From Oscillospiraceae bacterium (lineage in GTDB: Bacteria > Bacillota > Clostridia > Oscillospirales > CAG-272), in contig SVTX01000003.1 of NCBI GenBank assembly GCA_015063545.1, forward strand, positions 5,913-69,912: DNA of 64,000 bases, read 5' to 3'. Within the stretch, counting starts at the first letter, position 1, and every line of letters starts with the position of its first letter. Shown here one piece after another: positions 27,501 through 36,091 of the stretch. The position numbers were made by a program, and so were the translations under genes. Below the pieces are notes generated by a model, which saw only the letters and a program-made list of their open reading frames with translations, had not been told where the DNA came from and did not search any database.

Positions 27501-28616
27501 TTATTCCTTTGTTGTGTAATAGTTCGGGAAAAGAGCCTCCCAGACCTTCATGCAGGCGATAGTGTCTGCGATCGAGGAGTGGGGAATACCGTCCCATTCA
27601 ATACCGAGACATTCCATGGCATCGGTTAGCGATGCGTGAACGAGATCGGGGTGGTGCTCGTGAATGTAACGCACGTATTCATTGGCGCAGCAACGTGTTT
27701 TTTTGTGAAGTTCTTCGCGCTCGTCCTCCGTGTCATATATGTACTTTATATGACTGTAGTCGGTGGATACGCCATAGGCGATTATATTGTCTGCGTTTGC
27801 GAAAATTTCCTTTATTTCGGGGATAAGCTCGTCAAGCATGGGGGAGTTTTCGACCATGTCGGGAGTTATGCCGTGAATTTTTTCGGTCTGCTTCCACTTT
27901 TTCTTGTGTGCAGGCTTGACGAAGGTATCCATAATAATTGTTCCTTCGCCGTCAACGATGGAGATGGAGATTATCTCGTCGTGAACGTACACGCCCGTGA
28001 GCTCCAAGTCGAAAAAGAGAACTCTTTTTCTGTCCATGCCGAAGTGCTGACTTCTGTAAACATCGCCCTCCTCGCGGCGAAGCGCGAGATCTTCCTCAAA
28101 GCAAGCGCGGCAGAGCTTACGTCTGTAACGAACGTCGCGGCCGCATTTTACGCAATTTAAGGGAAGGCGGATAGCTGTTTTTTTGTCGTAGAAATAGAGA
28201 GTTGTTCCGTCTCCCTTGACGGTGAACGCAACGGGTTCTTCGGAGACCTCGTAGTGCATCTGCGCAAGCCGTTCTTTTGTGTAGAAGCCGCAGAGAGCCG
28301 CGCGCTTGATGCTCATGCGTTCAATTTGCGTGCCGCTGTCAAGTGACTTTACCTCTTTTTTAGCTCTGGGGTAGTACCACTGTTCGGGGGGAGCTTCGGA
28401 AACTCTCTCGGGATCAAAATAGTATATTATACTGCCGTCCTCATTTCTGTCAAATGCCACGGGATCGCCCGATGGAACAAGATGTATCTGCTGAAGGACT
28501 GCTCTTGTAAGATAATTTTTTTCGCGCGCTTTCTCGGGGGTTATTCTGCGAATTGTCGCGCCCGAGCGCAGTGTCAGTGTGTTTTCTGTATTTTCCAAGA
28601 TAAATTTACCGTCCAT
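27501..28616 (-). CDS. DEDDh 3'-5' exonuclease (DnaQ-like) with a duplicated N-terminal module and a CxxC...CxxC zinc ribbon
   Basis: The C-terminal half has FFDLELTG (Exo I), AYGVSTDYSHI (Exo II-like) and HSSIADTIA (Exo III, H-x4-D). The N-terminus holds two ~55-aa homologous modules (..SGxxIxR...YxTxxxLxQxH....PVAF...DGxxxYxxD). The central CVKCGRDVRYRRKLCRAC is the zinc ribbon. Confidence 0.75.
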   Translation of the reverse strand: MDGKFILENTENTLTLRSGATIRRITPEKAREKNYLTRAVLQQIHLVPSGDPVAFDRNEDGSIIYYFDPERVSEAPPEQWYYPRAKKEVKSLDSGTQIERMSIKRAALCGFYTKERLAQMHYEVSEEPVAFTVKGDGTTLYFYDKKTAIRLPLNCVKCGRDVRYRRKLCRACFEEDLALRREEGDVYRSQHFGMDRKRVLFFDLELTGVYVHDEIISISIVDGEGTIIMDTFVKPAHKKKWKQTEKIHGITPDMVENSPMLDELIPEIKEIFANADNIIAYGVSTDYSHIKYIYDTEDEREELHKKTRCCANEYVRYIHEHHPDLVHASLTDAMECLGIEWDGIPHSSIADTIACMKVWEALFPNYYTTKE

Positions 28617-28774
28617 AAAAAATCAATATTCATAATATTATAACATAAATTAATTATGTTTACAATAGGTTTTCTCAAAAATACGGACGATTTTTTGCAC
28701 TTATTTTTGCAAAATTGCGTAGAATTAGAAAAAACGCCCTATGAGGTGAAAACCACCAAAAAAACATGGATAGG

Positions 28775-28803
28775 TTGACAAAAATTGTATAATATGATAT
28801 AAT
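28775..28803 (+). promoter_or_regulatory. Sigma-A type promoter of the first low-GC island
   Basis: TTGACA (28775-28780), 17-nt spacer, TATAAT (28798-28803). It lies about 200 nt upstream of the 29004 ORF. Confidence 0.65.
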
Positions 28804-28846
28804 GGTTCTACGATGGATAAGTAGCTTTAATAAGGAGGGGAAGCTG

Positions 28847-28927
28847 ATGAAAAGAATATTATCGTTTGTTAAGTTAACCCAGCGTGCCTTGCCTATTATT
28901 TTGAGCAGTGTGCCGGGGAGCATATAA
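28847..28927 (+). CDS. Candidate 26-codon upstream ORF (MKRILSFVKLTQRALPIILSSVPGSI)
   Basis: ATG lies 7 nt after AAGGAGG. The stop TAA (28925-28927) sits in hairpin gcatat/atatgc (28920-28942). A second uORF with the same terminal ..GC-ATA-TAR geometry precedes the paralogue at 58830. Confidence 0.3.
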   Translation: MKRILSFVKLTQRALPIILSSVPGSI

Positions 28928-29003
28928 CATATAAAAATATGCTTCCTTTCATGTTTTAAGATTGGATATTATCAAGCCATAATTACTAAAAGGAGAAACA
29001 AAC

Positions 29004-32000
29004 ATGAAAAAGCACACTTTTTTGAAAGTATTTTCTGTAATAACAGTTTTTGCAATTATTCTTTGTGCATCGGCAACGCCTATTTTTGCATTAGAAAATC
29101 AAACAGCAGTCAATAATGACTACGTACAGGAAAATTATCAGTTAAGTCCATATATAAATTCAAATTTATCTGTCAAGCAAAATGACAATGAGTATATTAC
29201 AGAGGGATTTGAAATAATAGAAGGAGAACGAGAAGGAACGGTTGTTGAAGTAGAGGAATTAAGAGAAGAATACGTAAAACATTTCAGTCTGCCCAACGGC
29301 ACATACGAAGCGGTTGTATATCCCGAACCGGTTCATGTCAAGGACTCCAATGGTCAATGGCAAGATGTGAATAATGCGTTGTCGCTAAAAACTGATGGTA
29401 ACAAAAATGTTTATGCAACAGCAGACAACCGGTTAAGCTTTGCACAAAATGTCTTGGCTAATCAAGATATTTTTAGTTTATCGGAAAATGGGTATTCTAT
29501 ATCTATGTCTCTTGTTCCGCAGAAAGCTACTCTTGATAAAGATATAGTTCTTGAAGAGGAATCTTCTTTGAGTGTTTCAAAAGACATTACGATGAATATG
29601 CCGTCGATAACAAACAGCCCTGCTCGAGCAACAAAATTTGATACTATTGATCAAGCAATTAACATTGACAATAAGAGCTCCATTACTTATTTTAACGTAA
29701 GTGCTGATACAGACATAGAATATGTTATTGGCACACGTAGCATTAAAGAGAATATAATTGTAAAGAACAAAAAAAGCGACTACACGTATTCGTTTGCGAT
29801 TAATGTAGATGGATTGTATGCCGAGCTATACAACGATGGCAGTATAAAATTTTACGATGCGATAAATAACAATCCCCAATATGTGATTCCATCACCGTAC
29901 ATGTATGATGCGGAAGGAAACATATCGTATAATGTGCAATACTCACTGTCACTTGTAGGTAAAAATCAATATTCCCTTACGGTAAGTGCAGATAAGACTT
30001 GGATTAATTCACAAGATAGAGTTTTTCCTGTAACCATTGATCCTTCTTTAACATCATATTCCACAGCATATGACACATATATTGATCCGTCAAGCGCAAC
30101 TTCTAATTTTGGAAACGCAAACCCCTTGATTTTGGACGGCGACAATATTGTATACATGAAAATGGATTTTCCCGAGTTACCCGAAGGAAGCACATTGGGC
30201 ACCGTTTTCTATTGTGTTTCATATTATTTCCCCGATGGAACAACAGATGAAACAATGGACGCTGACATATATGAAATATCTCAATCCTGGGATGCTAATA
30301 CTTTAACATGGAACAGCTCGGCACAATTGGGAAACAATCGGGGATTATCGGAGGCCGCATACGACACAACACGTTTTTCAACCGGTTCCTCTACTCGTTC
30401 TATTAGAATAACATCTTTGGCTAGAGATTGGTACAATGGAACAAAAACCAACAACGGAATAGCTTTGAAATATAACTCGGGATATTCATGTGTGATGTTG
30501 AATTCCGCTGAAACAGAAGGAACAAGTGCTCCGTATTATCGCATAAGCTATACTAGATATGTTCCCGATGGAATTTATTTCATACAAAATGTGGGAAATG
30601 TTTACCAATGGTTAGAAATTCCTGCGGCATGGGACAATGGCGAAATCAAAACTGACGATTATAATCACGTTGCTGGACCATATGTATATGAAATGCATCG
30701 TGCAACATTGTTTAAGATAAGCAGGGTAAGTTCAACAGATAGATATGTCATAAGAACAATGCAAAACAATCTCCTTACACTAAGCGAGGCAGATGGAACA
30801 TACGTTACGAAAAAAATACCGGCAGATGATGCAGCCGTTCAGATAACGGACACATTTTATATAAATTTTGATGGAGAAAATGTAACCATACGTCAATATG
30901 GCAGCGATAATTTTTTAACAACATCATCAACTGCTACAACATATCCAACCGATGTAACTGTTTCTGATGAAGAAACCTTTTCGGATTATTCAAAATGGTC
31001 TTTAAAAAAATACACCTGCCCCGAGACATGGTGCGGCGCAGAATGGTCAGCTCCCCCTGATTTAAATGCAGGGGAGTTGGTATCATATATACCCACAATG
31101 TGGTCGTCTGAGATAAATGCCAATCAGCCTTACATGTACATGTCAAGTGAATCCCAATATACGTATGCTACAGGCACTTGGCATTCTGAAGAAAATATTT
31201 TCGAAGTGACACCGCATATACTCCCGCAATTTTCGTTTTACGTTGAGATACTTACACCCGAAGGAACTGCGATTTGTTCTGTACTTGAAACTCGACAGGT
31301 CACTGTTCCGATACCTGACGGCGAGTACTATATTCAAAACGCTCAACACGGGCTGTTTATGCAGACAGATACTACGCTTGCCACAAGCATTATCATGGCA
31401 GGAGATTTTGGTTACCATAATTTCCAAACTTGGAACATTACCCATTGGCGTGATGGATATTATAAGATTCAATCAAAACTTAGTAATTTAGCTCTTACAT
31501 ATCAGAATGAAACATACGATTCAAGTGGATCGTTGTCTCAGCAGCTATATAATGGACTTTACAATCAAATTTGGAAACTTGAATTGACAGAGCGAGGAAC
31601 ATACATAATACGAAATCGTATAAGTGAGACATATGAAACAGATTGGTGTGCAGCAATGACGGGAATGACTGGGCAACATGAACACAATATAGTACAACAA
31701 AATGCATATGTTTCAGATTATAACTATAATGATGAATGGGGCTTTTATAATACACAGGAATACTATGGTACCGTATCCCATTGGCATAATGATTCAGACG
31801 AGGTAAGATATTTGAGCACGCCAATAACCTATTATTTAGATGATAAGATAGAGGATGGTGGAATTTTTGCGCAAATATGTGACAATGCAATTGCTGAATG
31901 GGCACAAGCACTTGATATTGAAATCACAAAATCTACATCAAAGAACAATGCACAAATAAAAATAGAAAGATTGTCGGAAAGCGCATATCGCCAAAAAGAA

Positions 32001-32318
32001 GCGGAAAAGGGCACCTCTGATTCCTATGGTTTTGCTGTTTCAGAGAACGATGCGTATACAGGATATGTTGTCTATAATAATGAAATCAAGCATATCGTGT
32101 CCTGTACCGGGTATCAAATATATATTCTTTATAGAGAAGTGTCCAATAACGAGAATAGAAAAGTGATTTTGCACGAATTTGGACATTCGATAGGATATAC
32201 CGGACATTCAATAGATCCAAAAGATATAATGTATACAATTTATAGTGATCAATCTACGGATTTAACTGCCGGAGAAATCAATCATGTGCGTCAAATTTAT
32301 GACCTCATTTACGGATAA
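29004..32318 (+). CDS. Secreted multidomain protein: DNRLRE-like region + ricin-type (QxW) lectin repeats + C-terminal matrixin-like metzincin protease
   Basis: Signal peptide MKKHTFLKVFSVITVFAIILCASATPIFA. ADNRLSF lies at 29421-29441. DTYIDPSSATSNFGNANPL...MKMDFPELPEGSTL resembles the DNRLRE domain pattern. QxW-type motifs include YQWLEI, FQTWNI and NQIWKL. HEFGHSIGYTGHS lies at 32172-32210, followed by a DIMY Met-turn. Confidence 0.8.
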   Translation: MKKHTFLKVFSVITVFAIILCASATPIFALENQTAVNNDYVQENYQLSPYINSNLSVKQNDNEYITEGFEIIEGEREGTVVEVEELREEYVKHFSLPNGTYEAVVYPEPVHVKDSNGQWQDVNNALSLKTDGNKNVYATADNRLSFAQNVLANQDIFSLSENGYSISMSLVPQKATLDKDIVLEEESSLSVSKDITMNMPSITNSPARATKFDTIDQAINIDNKSSITYFNVSADTDIEYVIGTRSIKENIIVKNKKSDYTYSFAINVDGLYAELYNDGSIKFYDAINNNPQYVIPSPYMYDAEGNISYNVQYSLSLVGKNQYSLTVSADKTWINSQDRVFPVTIDPSLTSYSTAYDTYIDPSSATSNFGNANPLILDGDNIVYMKMDFPELPEGSTLGTVFYCVSYYFPDGTTDETMDADIYEISQSWDANTLTWNSSAQLGNNRGLSEAAYDTTRFSTGSSTRSIRITSLARDWYNGTKTNNGIALKYNSGYSCVMLNSAETEGTSAPYYRISYTRYVPDGIYFIQNVGNVYQWLEIPAAWDNGEIKTDDYNHVAGPYVYEMHRATLFKISRVSSTDRYVIRTMQNNLLTLSEADGTYVTKKIPADDAAVQITDTFYINFDGENVTIRQYGSDNFLTTSSTATTYPTDVTVSDEETFSDYSKWSLKKYTCPETWCGAEWSAPPDLNAGELVSYIPTMWSSEINANQPYMYMSSESQYTYATGTWHSEENIFEVTPHILPQFSFYVEILTPEGTAICSVLETRQVTVPIPDGEYYIQNAQHGLFMQTDTTLATSIIMAGDFGYHNFQTWNITHWRDGYYKIQSKLSNLALTYQNETYDSSGSLSQQLYNGLYNQIWKLELTERGTYIIRNRISETYETDWCAAMTGMTGQHEHNIVQQNAYVSDYNYNDEWGFYNTQEYYGTVSHWHNDSDEVRYLSTPITYYLDDKIEDGGIFAQICDNAIAEWAQALDIEITKSTSKNNAQIKIERLSESAYRQKEAEKGTSDSYGFAVSENDAYTGYVVYNNEIKHIVSCTGYQIYILYREVSNNENRKVILHEFGHSIGYTGHSIDPKDIMYTIYSDQSTDLTAGEINHVRQIYDLIYG

Positions 32319-32354
32319 CTCGCAAATAAACAAAAAATAGAAAGGAGAAATATT

Positions 32355-34364
32355 ATGAAAAAAATCGTTTTTTCTCTTACATGTATAATATCATTCCTAC
32401 TATTATTGGGCTCTCTACAAGCCTTGGCATCTCCGGAAATTCCCTATGATCCTTCAAATCCATATTATAGAAACGAAAAAGGAATGCCTTGGGCAGTATA
32501 TTCTTCCGCATACACCTACCCCACTCCCGACGACTACAGAAATCCTCCTACGAACGCTGTACTTCCCGATCTGGAGTACACCGACGAAGGCTTTAGAATG
32601 TTCAAGGACGGATATGGCAATGCTCCACTTAAAGCCAATCTGGTGACGCAGGAAAAGCAGAATCTCCGCGAAGGCGTTTCCATAACCGTGAGAGAAGACG
32701 AGTTTTACTACGGCGGTGACTGGGGAATAAACTTCTTCTTGTGGGATAGCCACAATCCTGCCTTTGGTTACCTCGACGCAACATACGGTCAGGGAGTATT
32801 TTTTGATTTGGTCGGATCTTCAACACGTGACGGTGTTCCTACATTCGAGCAGTTAGTATTCTACTGTTGCGATGAAAGCTTCACATGGGTTTACGATGAC
32901 TATCTGCAAAAAGAAGAATTCTGGTCTGTTATCGAATGGTTCCGAGACTTAAGTGCCGAGCAAAGCGATGCCATATTCGACGAGAACGGAAATGCGGTAT
33001 TCAACATGGATCTGAGCTATGATGAGACCACGCAAAAATACAGCTTGACCGTGTTCGGCATAGAAATCAATTCGGATGCGATTACAAACTATATCAATCA
33101 CCGATTCCCCGACGGCGGTGCATACGTTGGATTTGCCGTTCGTTCCAGTACAGGGGCTTATAAAGGACCGTTCTCCTTTACAATGACAGAATTTAACGGC
33201 ATTACCCCTCAGGGCGGATGGGATCACCCGTTATATCACGAATATGACAACGACTGCGATACCTTCTGCGAGTTCTGCGGCAACAAAAGACTTATAGAAC
33301 ACAGCTATGAAGCAGTTGTAACATTACCCACTTGCACAGAAGGCGGCTATACTACCTACACTTGCTCGGTTTGTGCTGACACATACGTAGCAGATGAGAC
33401 TGCCGCACTCGGACACACATTCGCGGATGCGACTTGCACAAATCCAAAGACTTGTTCGGTTTGCAACGCAACAGAGGGCGAGGCGCTCGGGCATAGCTAC
33501 GAAACAGTTGTAACATTACCCACTTGCACAGAAGGCGGCTATACTACCTACACTTGCTCGGTTTGTGCTGACACATACGTAGCAGATGAGACTGCCGCGC
33601 TCGGACACACATTCGCGGATGCGACTTGTACAACGGCTAAGACCTGTTCTGTTTGTAATACAACCGAAGGTGAGGCGCTTGGACATAGCTACGAAACAGT
33701 TGTAACATTACCCACATGCACAGAAGGCGGCTATACTAACTACACTTGCTCGGTTTGCGCCGACACTTACGTAGCAGATGAGACTGCCGCACTCGGACAC
33801 ACATTCGCGGATGCGACTTGCACAAATCCTAAGACTTGTTCTGTTTGTAATACAACAGAGGGCGAGGCGCTTGGACATAGCTACGAAACAGTTGTAACTT
33901 TACCCACTTGCACAGAAGGCGGCTATACTACCTACACTTGCTCGGTTTGTGCTGACACATACGTAGCAGATGAGACTGCCGCACTCGGACACGCATTCGC
34001 AGACGCGACTTGCACAACGGCTAAGACCTGTTCTGTTTGTAATACAACCGAAGGTGCGGCGCTTGGGCACACGTACGACAGTGAATCTGACGAATACTGC
34101 AACATCTGTTCTGAAAAGCGAGATATCCCCTCAACTGAGCCTCCCACTGAGCCTCCCACTGAGCCTCCCACTGAGCCTCCAACCGAACCTGCAACGGAAC
34201 CTATCACAGAGCCTGTGACAGAGCCGACGGCAGAGCAACCCACGACCTCATCTACCGCCGCAACGGAGGAGGGCGGATGTTCTTCGAGTGTTGGTATTGC
34301 CTTTATCGGACTTAGCACTGCACTTGCGGCAGGATATGTCTTTTCCAAAAAGAAAAATAATTAA
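32355..34364 (+). CDS. Secreted/anchored protein: lectin-like N-domain + Cys3/His repeats + (PTEP)n linker + GGC-TM-KKK C-terminal tail
   Basis: Signal peptide ...LLLGSLQALASPE. It lies 37 nt after the upstream ORF, so co-transcription is likely. GAYVGFAVRSSTGAYKGPFSF suggests a ConA/legume-lectin-like fold, which is my inference. Four 64-aa repeats use the same vocabulary as the giant ORF. The tail is EEGGCSSSVGIAFIGLSTALAAGYVFSKKKNN. Confidence 0.8.
   Translation: MKKIVFSLTCIISFLLLLGSLQALASPEIPYDPSNPYYRNEKGMPWAVYSSAYTYPTPDDYRNPPTNAVLPDLEYTDEGFRMFKDGYGNAPLKANLVTQEKQNLREGVSITVREDEFYYGGDWGINFFLWDSHNPAFGYLDATYGQGVFFDLVGSSTRDGVPTFEQLVFYCCDESFTWVYDDYLQKEEFWSVIEWFRDLSAEQSDAIFDENGNAVFNMDLSYDETTQKYSLTVFGIEINSDAITNYINHRFPDGGAYVGFAVRSSTGAYKGPFSFTMTEFNGITPQGGWDHPLYHEYDNDCDTFCEFCGNKRLIEHSYEAVVTLPTCTEGGYTTYTCSVCADTYVADETAALGHTFADATCTNPKTCSVCNATEGEALGHSYETVVTLPTCTEGGYTTYTCSVCADTYVADETAALGHTFADATCTTAKTCSVCNTTEGEALGHSYETVVTLPTCTEGGYTNYTCSVCADTYVADETAALGHTFADATCTNPKTCSVCNTTEGEALGHSYETVVTLPTCTEGGYTTYTCSVCADTYVADETAALGHAFADATCTTAKTCSVCNTTEGAALGHTYDSESDEYCNICSEKRDIPSTEPPTEPPTEPPTEPPTEPATEPITEPVTEPTAEQPTTSSTAATEEGGCSSSVGIAFIGLSTALAAGYVFSKKKNN
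33300..34067 (+). repeat. 4 x 192-bp near-identical in-frame tandem repeat (ABAB pattern)
   Basis: The unit encodes HSYE[AT]VVTLPTCTEGGYT[TN]YTCSVCADTYVADETAALGH[TA]FADATCT[NP/TA]KTCSVCN[AT]TEG[EA]ALG. Copies 1 and 3 carry NPK and copies 2 and 4 carry TAK. Confidence 0.9.
34134..34181 (+). repeat. 12-bp microsatellite-like repeat (actgagcctccc x4) encoding (TEPP)n
   Basis: Three perfect copies plus one copy with a single mismatch. They continue into degenerate TEP units. Confidence 0.85.
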
Positions 34365-34380
34365 GTTAGACTAAATTTAA

Positions 34381-34420
34381 CCCCCGAAACGCTTGGTGCG
34401 TTTCGGGGGCTGCTTTTTTT
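34381..34420 (+). terminator. Intrinsic terminator of the 29004-34364 operon
   Basis: Stem cccccgaaacgc / gcgtttcggggg with loop ttggt, then a T-run at 34414-34420. Confidence 0.75.
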
Positions 34421-34452
34421 AAACGGGTATCAGATTAATTGGGAAAAAACTA

Positions 34453-34481
34453 TTGCAAACTCAAAAAAGTTGTGTTATAAT
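34453..34481 (+). promoter_or_regulatory. Sigma-A type promoter upstream of the DUF512 gene
   Basis: TTGCAA (34453-34458), 17-nt spacer, TATAAT (34476-34481) preceded by TGt (extended -10). Confidence 0.6.
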
Positions 34482-34537
34482 ATTATGATTAATCTATAAT
34501 GGCAAATTGTGTGCAAATTGAAACAGGAGGTGATTTT

Positions 34538-35851
34538 GTGGTAAAAATTCTGTCAGTAGACAAAAAAAGCCGCGCCGAACGCGCAGGCATCAGCGCAGGC
34601 GATGTACTTATATCCATAAACGGCAGAGAAATAAACGACGTACTGGACTACAGATTTCATCTGACGAATAGCAAAATTATCCTCAAATGCCGTCGTGACG
34701 GAAAGGATTACTCGGTTGAGATAAGAAAGCAGCAATACGACGATATCGGACTGGAATTTGAAACTCCCCTCATGGATAAAAAGCACTCATGCGAGAACAA
34801 GTGTATTTTCTGCTTTATCGACCAGCTGCCGCGCGGAATGAGAAAGACATTGTATTTCAAGGACGACGATTCGCGTCTTTCATTCCTCCACGGAAACTAT
34901 ATCACCCTCACAAACCTTCATGACAGCGACATAGACCGCATAATCGAGATGCACATTTCCCCCGTCAATATTTCGGTGCATACTACAAATCCCGAGCTCC
35001 GCGTGCAGATGATGCACAACAAACGTGCGGGTGAGGTGCTTGCGTATATGAAAAGGCTTGCTGATGCGGGCATATCCCTTTGCGGACAGATAGTGCTTTG
35101 TAAAGGAATAAACGACGGCGAGGAATTACTACGCTCAATGCGCGATTTGTCCGAGCTTTTCCCCGCGATGCAGAGCGTCTCAATAGTACCTGCGGGACTT
35201 ACGAGATACCGTGAAAAATTATTCCCGCTTGAGCAATATACAAAGGACGAGGCTGCGGCAGTCATTGATGCGGTAGACAGGTTTGCTACCGAGTGCAAAG
35301 AAAAGTACGGCGCGAGAATGTTCTTCTGCGCGGATGAGCTTTATCTGCGCGCCGAAAGGGAGCTTCCCGACGAGGATTACTACGAGGGATATTCCCAGAT
35401 AGAAAACGGCGTTGGTATGATAACATCGCTTGTTACCGAATTTAACGACGAGATGAATTTCCTTGACGAGTATTTGGAAAACTACCAAGCTCCCCGAAAA
35501 ATATCAATTGCCACGGGCGTGGCATCCTACGACACCATAAAGAGTATGGCGGTAAGACTTGAAGCGGCTGTCGAAGGGCTTGAGATAAACGTATACAAAA
35601 TAATCAACAACTTTTTTGGAGAAAGCATTACTGTCGCGGGACTCTTAACGGGCAAGGACATGTCGGAGCAACTAAAAGGCAAAGACCTTGGCGAGCTGTT
35701 GGTGTTCCCGTCAAACACGCTCCGCGCGGGCGAGGATATTTTCCTTGACGATATGACACCCACACAGCTCTCCGAAATTATTGGAGTACCCACAGCGCCC
35801 TCGGGCGAGAGCGGCGGAGAGTTCATCAGGCAGATGCTTGAGAGGTGCTAA
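34538..35851 (+). CDS. PDZ domain / radical-SAM-like (CX3CX2C) DUF512 family protein
   Basis: GTG at 34538 follows AGGAGG. PDZ-like segment SRAERAGISAGDVLISINGREI. CENKCIFC is a CX3CX2C cluster. The position upstream of der is typical in Clostridia as far as I recall. Confidence 0.75.
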   Translation: MVKILSVDKKSRAERAGISAGDVLISINGREINDVLDYRFHLTNSKIILKCRRDGKDYSVEIRKQQYDDIGLEFETPLMDKKHSCENKCIFCFIDQLPRGMRKTLYFKDDDSRLSFLHGNYITLTNLHDSDIDRIIEMHISPVNISVHTTNPELRVQMMHNKRAGEVLAYMKRLADAGISLCGQIVLCKGINDGEELLRSMRDLSELFPAMQSVSIVPAGLTRYREKLFPLEQYTKDEAAAVIDAVDRFATECKEKYGARMFFCADELYLRAERELPDEDYYEGYSQIENGVGMITSLVTEFNDEMNFLDEYLENYQAPRKISIATGVASYDTIKSMAVRLEAAVEGLEINVYKIINNFFGESITVAGLLTGKDMSEQLKGKDLGELLVFPSNTLRAGEDIFLDDMTPTQLSEIIGVPTAPSGESGGEFIRQMLERC

Positions 35852-35942
35852 TCTTCAACAATGCTATTATCAAAAATCCATAGACGCTTTTTCTTTTGAC
35901 ACCTCAGGCGCAAAATGAAAATTGCTTTCGCTACGCTTCAGC

Positions 35943-36060
35943 GCACATTTCTTCAAAATGTGCCTTTGCAAAAAGAAAACGCCGAGGATAGTTTCGCCGC
36001 TTACGAACGGCGACAAGGGCTACGCGCCCTTGACTGCGCCGCCTTTTGAAAAAGGCGGGC
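35943..36060. repeat. Hairpin-dense GC-rich intergenic segment upstream of der
   Basis: Four short hairpins lie within about 120 nt: gcacattt/aaatgtgc (35943-35963), tcgccg/cggcga (35994-36013), aggg/ccct (36016-36030) and ccgcctttt/aaaaggcgg (36039-36059). Confidence 0.45.
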
Positions 36061-36091
36061 GAAAACTTTCATAAATGAAAGGAGAACAGAA

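Noticed and set aside
28675-28923. An 82-aa minus-strand ORF in the AT-rich gap upstream of the first lectin gene.
   Set aside because: It lies across a strong plus-strand promoter and leader, has no RBS, and its hydrophobic low-complexity translation is typical of AT-rich non-coding DNA.
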